A stretch of 25,773 nt of DNA, from contig JBEVMI010000337.1 in the NCBI GenBank assembly GCA_040508685.1, positions 1 through 25,773 of the forward strand, read 5' to 3'. A program made the translations under genes and the position numbers. Below are positions 1 to 8,293 of this stretch, piece by piece; the stretch's first letter is position 1, and every line of letters begins with the position of its first letter. Source of the DNA: Spongiibacteraceae bacterium. GTDB lineage: Bacteria; Pseudomonadota; Gammaproteobacteria; Pseudomonadales; CAMLJR01. Below the pieces are notes generated by a model, which saw only the letters and a list, made by a program, of their open reading frames with translations, ran no database searches and was not told the origin of the DNA.

Positions 1-382
1 CGGCCAGCATCATTTGCTCATGCAGCGGGATGCCGAGTTTTTCGTAGGTGCGCAGCAGTTCGGGGTCGACTTCTTCGAGCGATTTGGGGCCGTCGGCCAT
101 CGACTTCGGCGCGGAGTAATAACAGATGTCCTCGAACTCGATCGGCGCGATATTCAGCTTGGCCCAATCCGGCAGCGCCATTTCCTGCCATTTGCGGTAG
201 GCCTGCAGCCGCCATTCGGTCATGAATTCGGGTTCATTCTTTTTCGCGGAAATGACGCGAACGACATCTTCGTTCAGTCCCGGCGGGATCTGGTCGGATT
301 CGATGTCGGTGACAAAACCGTGTTGGTATTCGCTCTGGACCAGCGCATCGATAGTGGCGGTCGAGTCGGAAGGATTGTTCAT
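1..382 (-). CDS. sufB: Fe-S cluster assembly protein SufB, N-terminal part (runs off the window edge; absent from the ORF track)
   Basis: Manual translation from ATG at 382: MNNPSDSTATIDALVQSEYQHGFVTDIESDQIPPGLNEDVVRVISAKKNEPEFMTEWRLQAYRKW...YYSAPKS...SLEEVDPELLRTYEKLGIPLHEQMMLA. The GFVTDIE, GLNEDVVR.IS.KKNEPE and YYSAPK...VDPELL.TYEKLGIPL motifs are typical of the SufB N-terminus. An Rrf2 regulator gene is adjacent. Confidence 0.95.
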   Translation of the reverse strand, partial: MNNPSDSTATIDALVQSEYQHGFVTDIESDQIPPGLNEDVVRVISAKKNEPEFMTEWRLQAYRKWQEMALPDWAKLNIAPIEFEDICYYSAPKSMADGPKSLEEVDPELLRTYEKLGIPLHEQMMLA

Positions 383-425
383 TGCCTGGGCCTTTGAGGG
401 CAAACGGAAGGATCGGCTTGGGTGA

Positions 426-450
426 ATAGGATACTAAAGTTGTCGGGTAT
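426..450. promoter_or_regulatory. Putative Rrf2/IscR type-1-like operator
   Basis: ATAGGATACTAAAGTTGTCGGGTAT matches about 20 of 25 positions of the IscR type-1 consensus ATASYYGACTRwwwYAGTCRRSTAT (consensus recalled). It lies between sufB and the Rrf2 gene. Confidence 0.65.
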
Positions 451-459
451 TAAAATCAA
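431..459 (-). promoter_or_regulatory. Putative sigma70 promoter for the suf operon
   Basis: The minus strand reads TTGATT (459-454), 17 nt, TAGTAT (436-431), about 50 nt upstream of the sufB ATG. The Rrf2 box overlaps it. Confidence 0.55.
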
Positions 460-501
460 TACCAAATTGGTGTACTCTCTGGCCTACCTTGTGTCCGGGG
501 G

Positions 502-625
502 CAGGGCGCGGAAGGTCTTGCGGAAAACGCATGAATACTTCCCTGTAGCTCCGTAGAAACACTTTGCACCCGTTGTTGGGGTGTCCCTGTTTCTACGGTT
601 TCCGCAAGACCTTCCCCACACCCTG
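502..625 (+). repeat. Structured palindromic intergenic repeat (REP/MITE-like), copy 1
   Basis: Perfect 17-bp inverted repeat 510-526/599-615 and inner 11-bp stem 551-561/588-598. Shares identical 17-, 13- and 17-nt blocks with the reverse complement of 18011-18104. Confidence 0.85.
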
Positions 626-646
626 AGCAATACCGAGCGTAAGTCA

Positions 647-1093
647 ATGTTAAAAATAGGAAAACTTGCCGATTACGGTCTCCTGATTGCCGACTGCCTG
701 GGTCGCACCGACGATCAATTGACCACGGAAAACATCGTTCAGGAAACCGGTCTGCCGGAAGCGACGGTGCGCAAGCTGCTGCGTCTATTAGTAGAAGGAG
801 GAGTGGTCAGCTCCCGGCGTGGCCTTCGAGGCGGCTACCGTTTGAGTCGCGAAGCCGAACGCATCACCGTCGCCGAATTGATTGCCGCCATCGAAGGCCC
901 GATCGGCCTGACCGAATGTACGCATGAAGACTCCAGCTGCAGCCTGACGTCGAGCTGCGGCCAGCGCAGTAACTGGCACACCATCACCGATCTGATCAAC
1001 CGCCAGTTGGCGACCATCACCCTCGCCGATATGCGCGGCGATCTTTCCCGTCAGGGCGGCAGCCGGATTTCGGTATTGTCGGTTGCCGGTTGA
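647..1093 (+). CDS. Rrf2-family transcriptional regulator, SUF system Fe-S assembly regulator type
   Basis: MLKIGKLADYGLLI start, winged HTH with SRRGLRGGYRL, IAAIEGPIGLTEC, and a C-x6-C-x5-C cluster-ligand motif (CTHEDSSCSLTSSC). The start was moved from GTG 581, which lies inside the repeat, to ATG 647. Confidence 0.9.
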   Translation: MLKIGKLADYGLLIADCLGRTDDQLTTENIVQETGLPEATVRKLLRLLVEGGVVSSRRGLRGGYRLSREAERITVAELIAAIEGPIGLTECTHEDSSCSLTSSCGQRSNWHTITDLINRQLATITLADMRGDLSRQGGSRISVLSVAG

Positions 1094-1268
1094 CGCTAAT
1101 TCCTTTCGTCTCGATTTTGTCTGTGTCTGCCTCCGATTAGTTACCAAAATAGCCCGAGGTATCATTTTTTCACTTCTATACTGCCTAAGGTCGCCCGCGG
1201 TCATGTCGTCGCGGGATTGAGGCAGCCTGGTCGTGCTCATTTCGCCCCATCCGATTCCCGCTGTGCCG

Positions 1269-1853
1269 ATGGCTCCCGCCGAGGGTGGGCTGAACCGATC
1301 GTTATGGTCCGGCGCGGTGCTGTTGGTGTGGCTGATCACGATGGCCGTACTGTTCTGGCATTTCGAAGGCCGCTTTTTCAAGACGACGGGAAATCACCCG
1401 CTGGTGCATTTCGCGCCGGACTCGCTGCCGGCGGCACCCGCTGGCGATATCGTTCAGGTGATGTATTTCCTGGCGGGCGATTGTCCGTGCGAGCGCGTTG
1501 TGCCGCGCCAGATCGAGGCGCTGCATAACCGTTACGGCGTGCGTTTGAAACAGTGGGTCGCCGTCGGCCCGGATGCCAAAACCACGGGTTTCCCTGCTGA
1601 TGTGGCCGTTTTCGGTGCGGCGGAATCGGCACGCTGGCGCAACCAGGTACCGGCGTTTCCCGCCGTAGCGGTCTGGGACGCGCAGGGGCTGCTGGTCTAT
1701 TTCGGTCCCCCGGCGGCCGGTTCCGATTGTGGTGCCGGTGAAAGTTATGTGACGGCGAGTCTGGTGCGGATATTCGATCGCCGACCGCCGCTAGCGATAG
1801 TCAATGACGTGACCGGCTGCCTGTGTTCTGCCCCTGAACGCGCGGCTGATTAA
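1269..1853 (+). CDS. Membrane-anchored thioredoxin-like Cys-motif protein (DUF6436-like)
   Basis: One N-terminal TM segment (LWSGAVLLVWLITMAVLFWHF), DCPC motif, PAVAVWDAQG.LVYFGP, SDC and C-terminal GCLC. The start is uncertain (1233 or 1269). The DUF name is from recall. Confidence 0.65.
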   Translation: MAPAEGGLNRSLWSGAVLLVWLITMAVLFWHFEGRFFKTTGNHPLVHFAPDSLPAAPAGDIVQVMYFLAGDCPCERVVPRQIEALHNRYGVRLKQWVAVGPDAKTTGFPADVAVFGAAESARWRNQVPAFPAVAVWDAQGLLVYFGPPAAGSDCGAGESYVTASLVRIFDRRPPLAIVNDVTGCLCSAPERAAD

Positions 1854-1894
1854 CGATATCTATCTTCCAAGTTGAGTGAGCCGGAGTCCCGACA

Positions 1895-3397
1895 GTGAAT
1901 GCCGCAACCGATATTGCACTGAATCGAAACCGCCAGGCCGACCTGTATATGTTCGGGATCGCCTGCGGCCTGTTTGTGTTCAGTCTGGGGCTGGCCAGCT
2001 GGCATTCGACCTGGATGGAGGCGCTGCTGATCGGTGGCGGCACATTGGCAATGTTGGCGCTGATGCTGCAGATGGTGCCGGGTTCGGCGATCAGCCGGGC
2101 GGCATTCGGCGCGGCATTCATGGTGTTCACGGCGCTGCACATTCACCAGAGTGGCGGCATGATCGAAATGCATTTCGGTGTGTTCGTGCTGCTCGCCATG
2201 CTGCTGTATTACCGCGACTGGCTGCCGATCCTGGTCGCTGCCACGGTAATCACCGTGCATCACGTGCTGTTTTTCTGGTTGCAGGCACAGGGTGCACCGG
2301 TCTCCATTTTGAATGAGGCCAATGCGCATTGGTGGGTGATTTTCCTGCACGCCGGTTATGTCGTCGTGGAAACCGCGGTGTTGTGCGCAATGGCCATGCG
2401 TTCGCGCAGCGAGGCCGACGAGGCGCTGGCGATCATGCAGGCGACGAGCGAAATCAGCAGCGACGCGATGATCGACCTGACCCATCGGGTAAAACTCACC
2501 ACGCCGGCGGCGAAGGGTTTCAATAATGTGCTGGGCGATCTGGAGCAGCTGGTGTGTCAGGCCCGCGGCTCGGCCGACGACATCAATCAGTCCGGCGATG
2601 CGCTGGCGAAGATGACCACCAACCTGCGCGATGCCGCAGCGCAACAAAAACGCGAAACCGAAATGGTCGCCGCAGCGATCGAGCAGATGTCGGCCGCCGT
2701 GCGCGAAGTGGCCAACAATGCCGAGGAGGCGTCGGTGGCTGCCGGCCGCGCCGATCACAGCGCGCAGGAGGGCAATAATTCCAGCGATGCGATGGGTCGC
2801 GAGATGGACAACCTCGCCGATCAGATGCGCAACACCGCGGCCACCATTGCCCAACTCGACGCCAACAGCGCGCAGATCGGCTCGGTGCTCGACGTGATTC
2901 GCGGCATCGCCGAACAGACCAACTTGCTGGCGTTGAACGCAGCCATCGAAGCCGCGCGCGCCGGCGAGCTCGGGCGCGGCTTTGCGGTCGTCGCCGATGA
3001 AGTGCGCACGCTGGCTTCGCGCACACAGGCATCGACGCAGGAAATTCAGGGCATGATCCAGACGCTGCAAAACTGCAGTCGCGCCGCAGTGGATGCGATG
3101 GACTCCAGTCAGCGCAGCGTTACGACCTGCGTGCAGGAAACCCGGCGCAATCGCGAGCTGCTGCAAGACGTCAGTGCCGCCGTCATCGACATCAACCAGC
3201 GCAATCAGATGATCGCTACCGCGACCCACGAGCAGACCCAGGTCACCCACGAAGTCGCCAGCAACGTCGCCAGTATCCGCGATCTCAGTGAACGCGTTTC
3301 CGACGAGGCCGAAAAAGTCGCGGACTCCGGCGCTCATCTGCGCCAGCTTTCACACCAGCTCGACGGTGTGGTGTCGCGCTTTCGTGTGGGTAAATAG
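1895..3397 (+). CDS. Methyl-accepting chemotaxis protein with a ~6-TM His-rich N-terminal sensor
   Basis: Canonical MCP signalling core [37 protein letters not shown]. About six N-terminal hydrophobic segments and no periplasmic domain. Confidence 0.95.
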   Translation: MNAATDIALNRNRQADLYMFGIACGLFVFSLGLASWHSTWMEALLIGGGTLAMLALMLQMVPGSAISRAAFGAAFMVFTALHIHQSGGMIEMHFGVFVLLAMLLYYRDWLPILVAATVITVHHVLFFWLQAQGAPVSILNEANAHWWVIFLHAGYVVVETAVLCAMAMRSRSEADEALAIMQATSEISSDAMIDLTHRVKLTTPAAKGFNNVLGDLEQLVCQARGSADDINQSGDALAKMTTNLRDAAAQQKRETEMVAAAIEQMSAAVREVANNAEEASVAAGRADHSAQEGNNSSDAMGREMDNLADQMRNTAATIAQLDANSAQIGSVLDVIRGIAEQTNLLALNAAIEAARAGELGRGFAVVADEVRTLASRTQASTQEIQGMIQTLQNCSRAAVDAMDSSQRSVTTCVQETRRNRELLQDVSAAVIDINQRNQMIATATHEQTQVTHEVASNVASIRDLSERVSDEAEKVADSGAHLRQLSHQLDGVVSRFRVGK

Positions 3398-3429
3398 GCG
3401 CGTCGGCAATTAAAGTCGGCGTTTAGGGA

Positions 3430-4275
3430 TCACGAGCGCAACAACTCCAGCTCTCTATTCAGCCGCCGCAGATGTTCGTCGATCGACGCACCCTTGGTGC
3501 GCGCCACACCGACGGCGAGCACATCGATCACGGCCAGATGCGCAATCCGCGATGGCAGCGGTGTGTAGTTATCGGTTTCCTCTTCGATATCGACGTGAAT
3601 CGGAATATCGCATTTCTGAGCCACCAGCGTGCCGCCGGGTGCGAGGCCGATCACGCGGGCGCCGGCCTGCTGTGCCAGCGCGATCGCTTCGAGCAGCGCA
3701 TTAGTGCGGCCGGTTTGCGAAATGGCGACGACCACATCATTGCTGCTCAACGACAGCGCGGACATTGCCTGAATATGTGGATCGGCATACGCCGCCGATG
3801 AAATCTGCAAGCGGAAAAATTTGTGCTGGGCGTCCATCGCCACCGGGCTTGACGCACCGAAGCCGTAAAACTCAACGCGCCGCGCGCCAGCCAATGCCTG
3901 CACGGCCGCTTCGATAGCATCGCTGTCGATGTTTTCGCGCACGCGTTTCAGCGTGTCGATGATCGAATCAAACACATTCGCCGAGTATTCGCGGGCCGAG
4001 GTTTGTTCGCTGAGCCGGAAATGGCGAAAGCGGGGATTGTTGGCGACGTATTGCGCGAGTTCGACTTTTAAATTCTGGAAACCATCGCAGCCGATGGCGC
4101 GGCAGAAACGCACCACGGTAGGCTCGCTGACCCGCGCTTCCTGCGCGAGGTCAACGATCCGCATGTGAATCACTTCTTCGGGTTTGGCGAGGATGTAGTC
4201 CGCCACCTTGCGTTCGGATTTACGCAACTCCGGCCGCACCGCGGTGATCGACTGAAGCAGATTGGCTGAAGTCAC
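3430..4275 (-). CDS. hexR: RpiR/MurR-family regulator HexR (HTH + SIS domain)
   Basis: LRKSERKVADYIL, VSEPTVVRFCRAIGCDGFQNLK and SIS motifs FYGFGASSPVAMDAQHKFFR, VVVAISQTG, SRIAHLAVIDVLAVGV. Confidence 0.85.
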   Translation of the reverse strand: MTSANLLQSITAVRPELRKSERKVADYILAKPEEVIHMRIVDLAQEARVSEPTVVRFCRAIGCDGFQNLKVELAQYVANNPRFRHFRLSEQTSAREYSANVFDSIIDTLKRVRENIDSDAIEAAVQALAGARRVEFYGFGASSPVAMDAQHKFFRLQISSAAYADPHIQAMSALSLSSNDVVVAISQTGRTNALLEAIALAQQAGARVIGLAPGGTLVAQKCDIPIHVDIEEETDNYTPLPSRIAHLAVIDVLAVGVARTKGASIDEHLRRLNRELELLRS

Positions 4276-4312
4276 GCCGGATTATTTCCCTTCTTCCATC
4301 TATTTACACTGC

Positions 4313-5152
4313 CTACTTGCCTTTAAAGACAGGCGGGCGTTTTTCGACGAATGCCTTGCCCGCTTCGCGAATATCTTCGCTAAAACCGCAGCGGGTCTGG
4401 CTGTCGGCTTCGACGCGCAGGTAATTGTCGAGCGAACCTTCGCACGCGGCGGCGATATTGGCCTTGATGCCGGCGTAGGCGATGGTCGGGCCGATCGCGA
4501 GTTTCTCGGCGAAGGCGATACCTTCGGCTTCGAGGGCGTCGTCGCTGACCAGCTTGGTGACGAGGCCGAGTTCGTTGGCCTTATTGGCGTCGACTTTTTC
4601 CGACAACATCACCAATTCCATTGCCTTGTAGGCGCCGAGGGCTTTCGTCAAAAAATAACCGATGCCGTAATCGCCGCTGAGCGCGTTGTTGACGAAGGCG
4701 CTGCGAAATACTGCGGTTTCGCTGCAGATACGGTAATCGCAGGCGAGTGCGATCGACATGCCGGCGCCCATCGCCGCGCCGCGCACCAGCGCGATGGTCG
4801 GTTTCGGCATCGTGTGCAGCAAATGCGAGGTGTAGGTGCGGGTGTAATGATCTTCCGCGCGCGCCTTGAACGGATCGGCGGGCTTGGGTGTATTCGGATC
4901 GCGTTTGCGGCTGGCGCCTTCGAGCACATCGCCGCCGGCGCAGAAACCTTTACCCTCGCCGATCAATACCACGGCGCGCACCGAATCGTCGGTTGCGGCG
5001 CGCTGGGTGGCGTCGAGCAATGCGTCCATCAGGTCGGCGTTGATCGCGTTCATGCGCGTGGGTCGGTTCATGCGCAGAATCAGCACCGGGCCTTTGCGCT
5101 CTTCGAGCAGGACATTGTTGTAACGCGCAGGATCGAAAATGGAATCGCTCAT
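4313..5152 (-). CDS. Crotonase/enoyl-CoA hydratase-isomerase family protein (PaaG-like residue pattern)
   Basis: MNRPTRMNAI, FCAGGD, KPTIALVRGAAMGAGMSIALACDYR, C-terminal AFVEKRPPVFKG. Start at 5152 (MSDSIF) is preferred; 5170 is possible. Confidence 0.9.
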   Translation of the reverse strand: MSDSIFDPARYNNVLLEERKGPVLILRMNRPTRMNAINADLMDALLDATQRAATDDSVRAVVLIGEGKGFCAGGDVLEGASRKRDPNTPKPADPFKARAEDHYTRTYTSHLLHTMPKPTIALVRGAAMGAGMSIALACDYRICSETAVFRSAFVNNALSGDYGIGYFLTKALGAYKAMELVMLSEKVDANKANELGLVTKLVSDDALEAEGIAFAEKLAIGPTIAYAGIKANIAAACEGSLDNYLRVEADSQTRCGFSEDIREAGKAFVEKRPPVFKGK

Positions 5153-5275
5153 GATTTGAACACCTGTCATTTATCGGAATCGATAGCTTGGGAAAACGGT
5201 AAAACGGGGATGGCGCTACCTTATCACAGCGCCTTTCGCCGGTTGCGACGCAGTTACTGATAACGCCGGGGCCGC

Positions 5276-5284
5276 TGTTAGAAT
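5276..5284 (+). promoter_or_regulatory. Extended -10 element upstream of uvrD
   Basis: TG-T-TAGAAT ends 8 nt before the ATG at 5293, and no Shine-Dalgarno sequence is visible. Confidence 0.45.
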
Positions 5285-5292
5285 GGCCGGCT

Positions 5293-7458
5293 ATGGACGT
5301 ATCCCACCTGCTCAATGACCTCAACGCCGCCCAGCGCGACGCCGTGGCTGCCGCCGATACCAACCTGCTGGTGCTGGCCGGTGCCGGCAGCGGTAAAACC
5401 CGCGTGCTGGTACATCGCATCGCCTGGCTGATTCAGGCCGAGGGCCTGTCGCCGCACAGCATTCTCGCGGTTACCTTCACCAATAAAGCCGCGCGCGAAA
5501 TGCGCGAGCGTATCGATCAGCTGCTCGGCTATTCGCATCGCGGCATGTGGGTCGGCACCTTTCACGGCCTTGCGCATCGGCTGCTGCAGGCGCACTGGCA
5601 GGACGCGAACCTGCCGCAGAATTTTCAGATTCTCGATTCCGACGATCAGCTGCGCATCGTCAAACGCATCCATCGCGAGCTGGAGCTCGACGAAACCCGC
5701 TGGCCGCCAAAACAATCGCAATGGTTCATCAATGCGCAAAAAGACGAAGGCCTGCGCCCGCAGCATCTGGAGGTGTCGGGGCAGGATCTGTTTCAAAAGA
5801 CGATGGTCAATGTCTATCGCGCCTATGAAGCAGCTTGCGCGCGGCAGGGGGTGATCGACTTTGCGGAACTGTTGTTGCGTGCACACGAATTGTGGCTGAA
5901 CAAGCCCGCTATCCTCGCGCATTACCAGCAGCGTTTCCGCCATATGCTGGTCGACGAATTCCAGGATACCAACGCCGTGCAATACGCATGGCTGCGCGTG
6001 CTCGCCGGCGAGCGTATTCCGGTCACCGCGGTCGGCGACGACGATCAGTCGATTTACGGCTGGCGCGGCGCCCGCATCGAAAATATTCAGCAGTTCTCGA
6101 AAGATTATCCGGTCACGCAAATCGTTCGGCTCGAACAGAATTATCGTTCGACGTCGACGATCCTGAATGCCGCCAACGCGGTGATCGCCAATAACCAGGG
6201 CCGCCTCGGCAAAGAGTTGTGGACCGAGGACGATGCCGGCGAATTGATATCGCTGTATGCGGCATTCAACGATCTCGATGAAGCGCGTTTTGTCGTCGAA
6301 CGGTTGCAGGAATGGATCAGCGCCGGCAATTCGCGTCGCGATGCGGCGATCCTGTATCGCTCGAATGCGCAATCGCGGGTGATGGAAGAGGCGCTGATTC
6401 GCGCCGGTGTGCCGTACCGCATTTACGGCGGCCTGCGGTTTTACGATCGCCTCGAAATTCGCAATGTCGTCGGTTATCTGCGCCTGCTGGTCAATCGCGA
6501 TGACGATTCCGGGCTGGAGCGTGTCATCAACACGCCGACGCGCGGTATCGGCGACAAAACGCTGGAGATCCTGCGCCAGCTCGCGCGCGAACAGCAGCTG
6601 TCGCTGTGGAAAGTGTTGTTGCAGGTGATCGCGCAAAAATCGCTGCCGGCGCGCGCGTTGAATCCGCTCGCCGCGTTTGTCGAACTGATCCAGCGCATGG
6701 ATCAGGAAACCGACGACATGAGTCTCGGCGATCTGATGGATTACGTCGTGCGCCATTCCGGTCTGCTCGATTTCCACAAACAGGAAAAAGGCGAGAAGGG
6801 CCAGGCGCGCGTCGAAAACCTGCAGGAATTGATTGCCGCTGCGCAGGAGTTCAACGGCCAGAACGAAGAGCTGTCGCCGCTGCAGGAATTTCTCGACAAC
6901 GCCGCGCTCGACGCCGGTGAACACGAAGCCGCCGAATTTGAAGACAGCGTGCAATTGATGACGCTGCACTCGGCCAAGGGTCTCGAATTTCCGCTGGTGC
7001 TCATGGTAGGAATGGAGGAGAACCTGTTCCCGCACAAGATGTCCATGGACGAGCCGGGACGCCTCGAAGAAGAGCGGCGTCTCTGTTATGTCGGCATTAC
7101 CCGCGCGATGCGCAAGTTGTATCTGACCTATGCCGAATCGCGGCGCCTGTACGGCAGCGAGAATTACAATTCGCCGTCGCGGTTCCTGCGCGAAATCCCG
7201 CGCGAATTTATTCAGGAAGTGCGCCTGCAAACCAGTGTCAGCCGGCCGCTCAGCCATTCATCCCGCGTCAGTGTTCCCGATTACGACCGAGACGGCGGCA
7301 TCAGTCTCGGCCAACGCGTGTTTCACCAGGTTTTCGGTGAAGGAGTGGTGTTGAATTTCGAGTGCGGTGGCCCCTCGGCGCGGGTGCAGGTGAATTTCGA
7401 CAATGACGGCAGCAAGTGGCTCGTGCTGCAGTACGCCAATCTGCAGACGATGGCCTGA
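5293..7458 (+). CDS. uvrD: DNA helicase II UvrD
   Basis: 721 aa with LAGAGSGKTRVL, TFTNKAAREM, VDEFQDTN, VGDDDQSIYGWRGA, LEQNYRST, LMTLHSAKGLEFP, EERRLCYVGITRA and a C-terminal Tudor-like GQRVFHQVFGEG. Confidence 0.98.
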   Translation: MDVSHLLNDLNAAQRDAVAAADTNLLVLAGAGSGKTRVLVHRIAWLIQAEGLSPHSILAVTFTNKAAREMRERIDQLLGYSHRGMWVGTFHGLAHRLLQAHWQDANLPQNFQILDSDDQLRIVKRIHRELELDETRWPPKQSQWFINAQKDEGLRPQHLEVSGQDLFQKTMVNVYRAYEAACARQGVIDFAELLLRAHELWLNKPAILAHYQQRFRHMLVDEFQDTNAVQYAWLRVLAGERIPVTAVGDDDQSIYGWRGARIENIQQFSKDYPVTQIVRLEQNYRSTSTILNAANAVIANNQGRLGKELWTEDDAGELISLYAAFNDLDEARFVVERLQEWISAGNSRRDAAILYRSNAQSRVMEEALIRAGVPYRIYGGLRFYDRLEIRNVVGYLRLLVNRDDDSGLERVINTPTRGIGDKTLEILRQLAREQQLSLWKVLLQVIAQKSLPARALNPLAAFVELIQRMDQETDDMSLGDLMDYVVRHSGLLDFHKQEKGEKGQARVENLQELIAAAQEFNGQNEELSPLQEFLDNAALDAGEHEAAEFEDSVQLMTLHSAKGLEFPLVLMVGMEENLFPHKMSMDEPGRLEEERRLCYVGITRAMRKLYLTYAESRRLYGSENYNSPSRFLREIPREFIQEVRLQTSVSRPLSHSSRVSVPDYDRDGGISLGQRVFHQVFGEGVVLNFECGGPSARVQVNFDNDGSKWLVLQYANLQTMA

Positions 7459-7541
7459 GACAAGCGCGGCCGACGATACCCATGCCAGCGTCGTATCGAT
7501 TGATCCGGGCGTTGTAGAAGAATTAATAATCAGGAGAAATA

Positions 7542-8237
7542 ATGACGCGTTTTGCCCTCTCGTTGCTGACTCTGGGCGTACTGGCCGGTTGCCAGACCGC
7601 GTCGCCACCGCCGGCGCCGATCTGCCCGCCGCCGCCGCCCGTGCAATGCCCGGAGCCGTTGGTGCCGGCGGCGTATGTGCCGTTTGAGCAGAGCTGCCCG
7701 CCCATACCTGCGTGCCCGCCGATGTCGATCAAGGTTGATACACCGCTGAAATCTGCCGAGGTCCGGCTCAGTGAGATGCGTATGCTCGATGGAAAAATCC
7801 TGGTGGGCGAAGCCGAGTACGTAACCATACAGCCCGGCAATCTGCGGCTTGACGCGCGTATCGACAGCGGCGCTACCACCACCTCGATGCACGCCACCGA
7901 TATCAAATCGTTTGAGCGCGACGGTCAGCGTTGGGTGCGGTTCACCACCGAAACCGGCCGTGGCGGCGAAACCACACTGGAGCTGCCGCGTGTACGCCAT
8001 GTCCGCATCAAAGGTGAAGGCGACGAGTACGAACGGCGCCCGGTAGTGATGATCGATATACAAATCGGTGGGCTGAGACAAAAAGTGGAGGCCACACTGA
8101 CGGATCGCGACAATTATCATTTTCCGCTGCTGATCGGCCGCAACTTTCTGCGTGATCACGCCATCGTCGATGTCAGTCGCAAATATGTGCAGGGTGGAAA
8201 AGGCGGCGCCGGTAAACCGGACCCTGGCAAAAAATGA
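7542..8237 (+). CDS. Lipoprotein, retropepsin-like aspartic protease of the RimK-associated 'ATP-dependent zinc protease' family
   Basis: Lipobox LAGC, Pro/Cys-rich linker, GEAEYV, ARIDSGATTTS catalytic motif, TLTDRDNYHFPLLIGRNFL. SD AGGAG upstream. Confidence 0.88.
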   Translation: MTRFALSLLTLGVLAGCQTASPPPAPICPPPPPVQCPEPLVPAAYVPFEQSCPPIPACPPMSIKVDTPLKSAEVRLSEMRMLDGKILVGEAEYVTIQPGNLRLDARIDSGATTTSMHATDIKSFERDGQRWVRFTTETGRGGETTLELPRVRHVRIKGEGDEYERRPVVMIDIQIGGLRQKVEATLTDRDNYHFPLLIGRNFLRDHAIVDVSRKYVQGGKGGAGKPDPGKK

Positions 8238-8293
8238 CCAGCCTTTCTTTTAAACAAACGGATTTCGCTTAAACAGATTTCGGATAAACACAT

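Noticed and set aside
502-625. CRISPR array, tRNA or IS end
   Set aside because: No repeat-spacer periodicity, no cloverleaf, no transposase or clear target duplication in the window.
1181-1226. Hairpin upstream of the Cys-motif gene as a riboswitch
   Set aside because: Two short stems (CTGCCT/AGGCAG, CCCGCG/CGCGGG) but no riboswitch consensus I recognise, such as c-di-GMP GEMM; expected by chance at this GC content.
1860-1894. Sigma28 promoter before the MCP
   Set aside because: CCAAGTTG...CCCGACAG has poor matches and the wrong spacing.
1850-3337. 495-aa minus-strand ORF
   Set aside because: Antisense shadow of the MCP gene in GC-rich DNA; no motifs.
4262-5260. 332-aa plus-strand ORF
   Set aside because: Antisense to the crotonase gene.
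5278-7257. 659-aa minus-strand ORF
   Set aside because: Antisense shadow of uvrD; no recognisable domain.
7512-7530. HexR operator upstream of the protease operon
   Set aside because: Only one half-site (TGTAG) matches.
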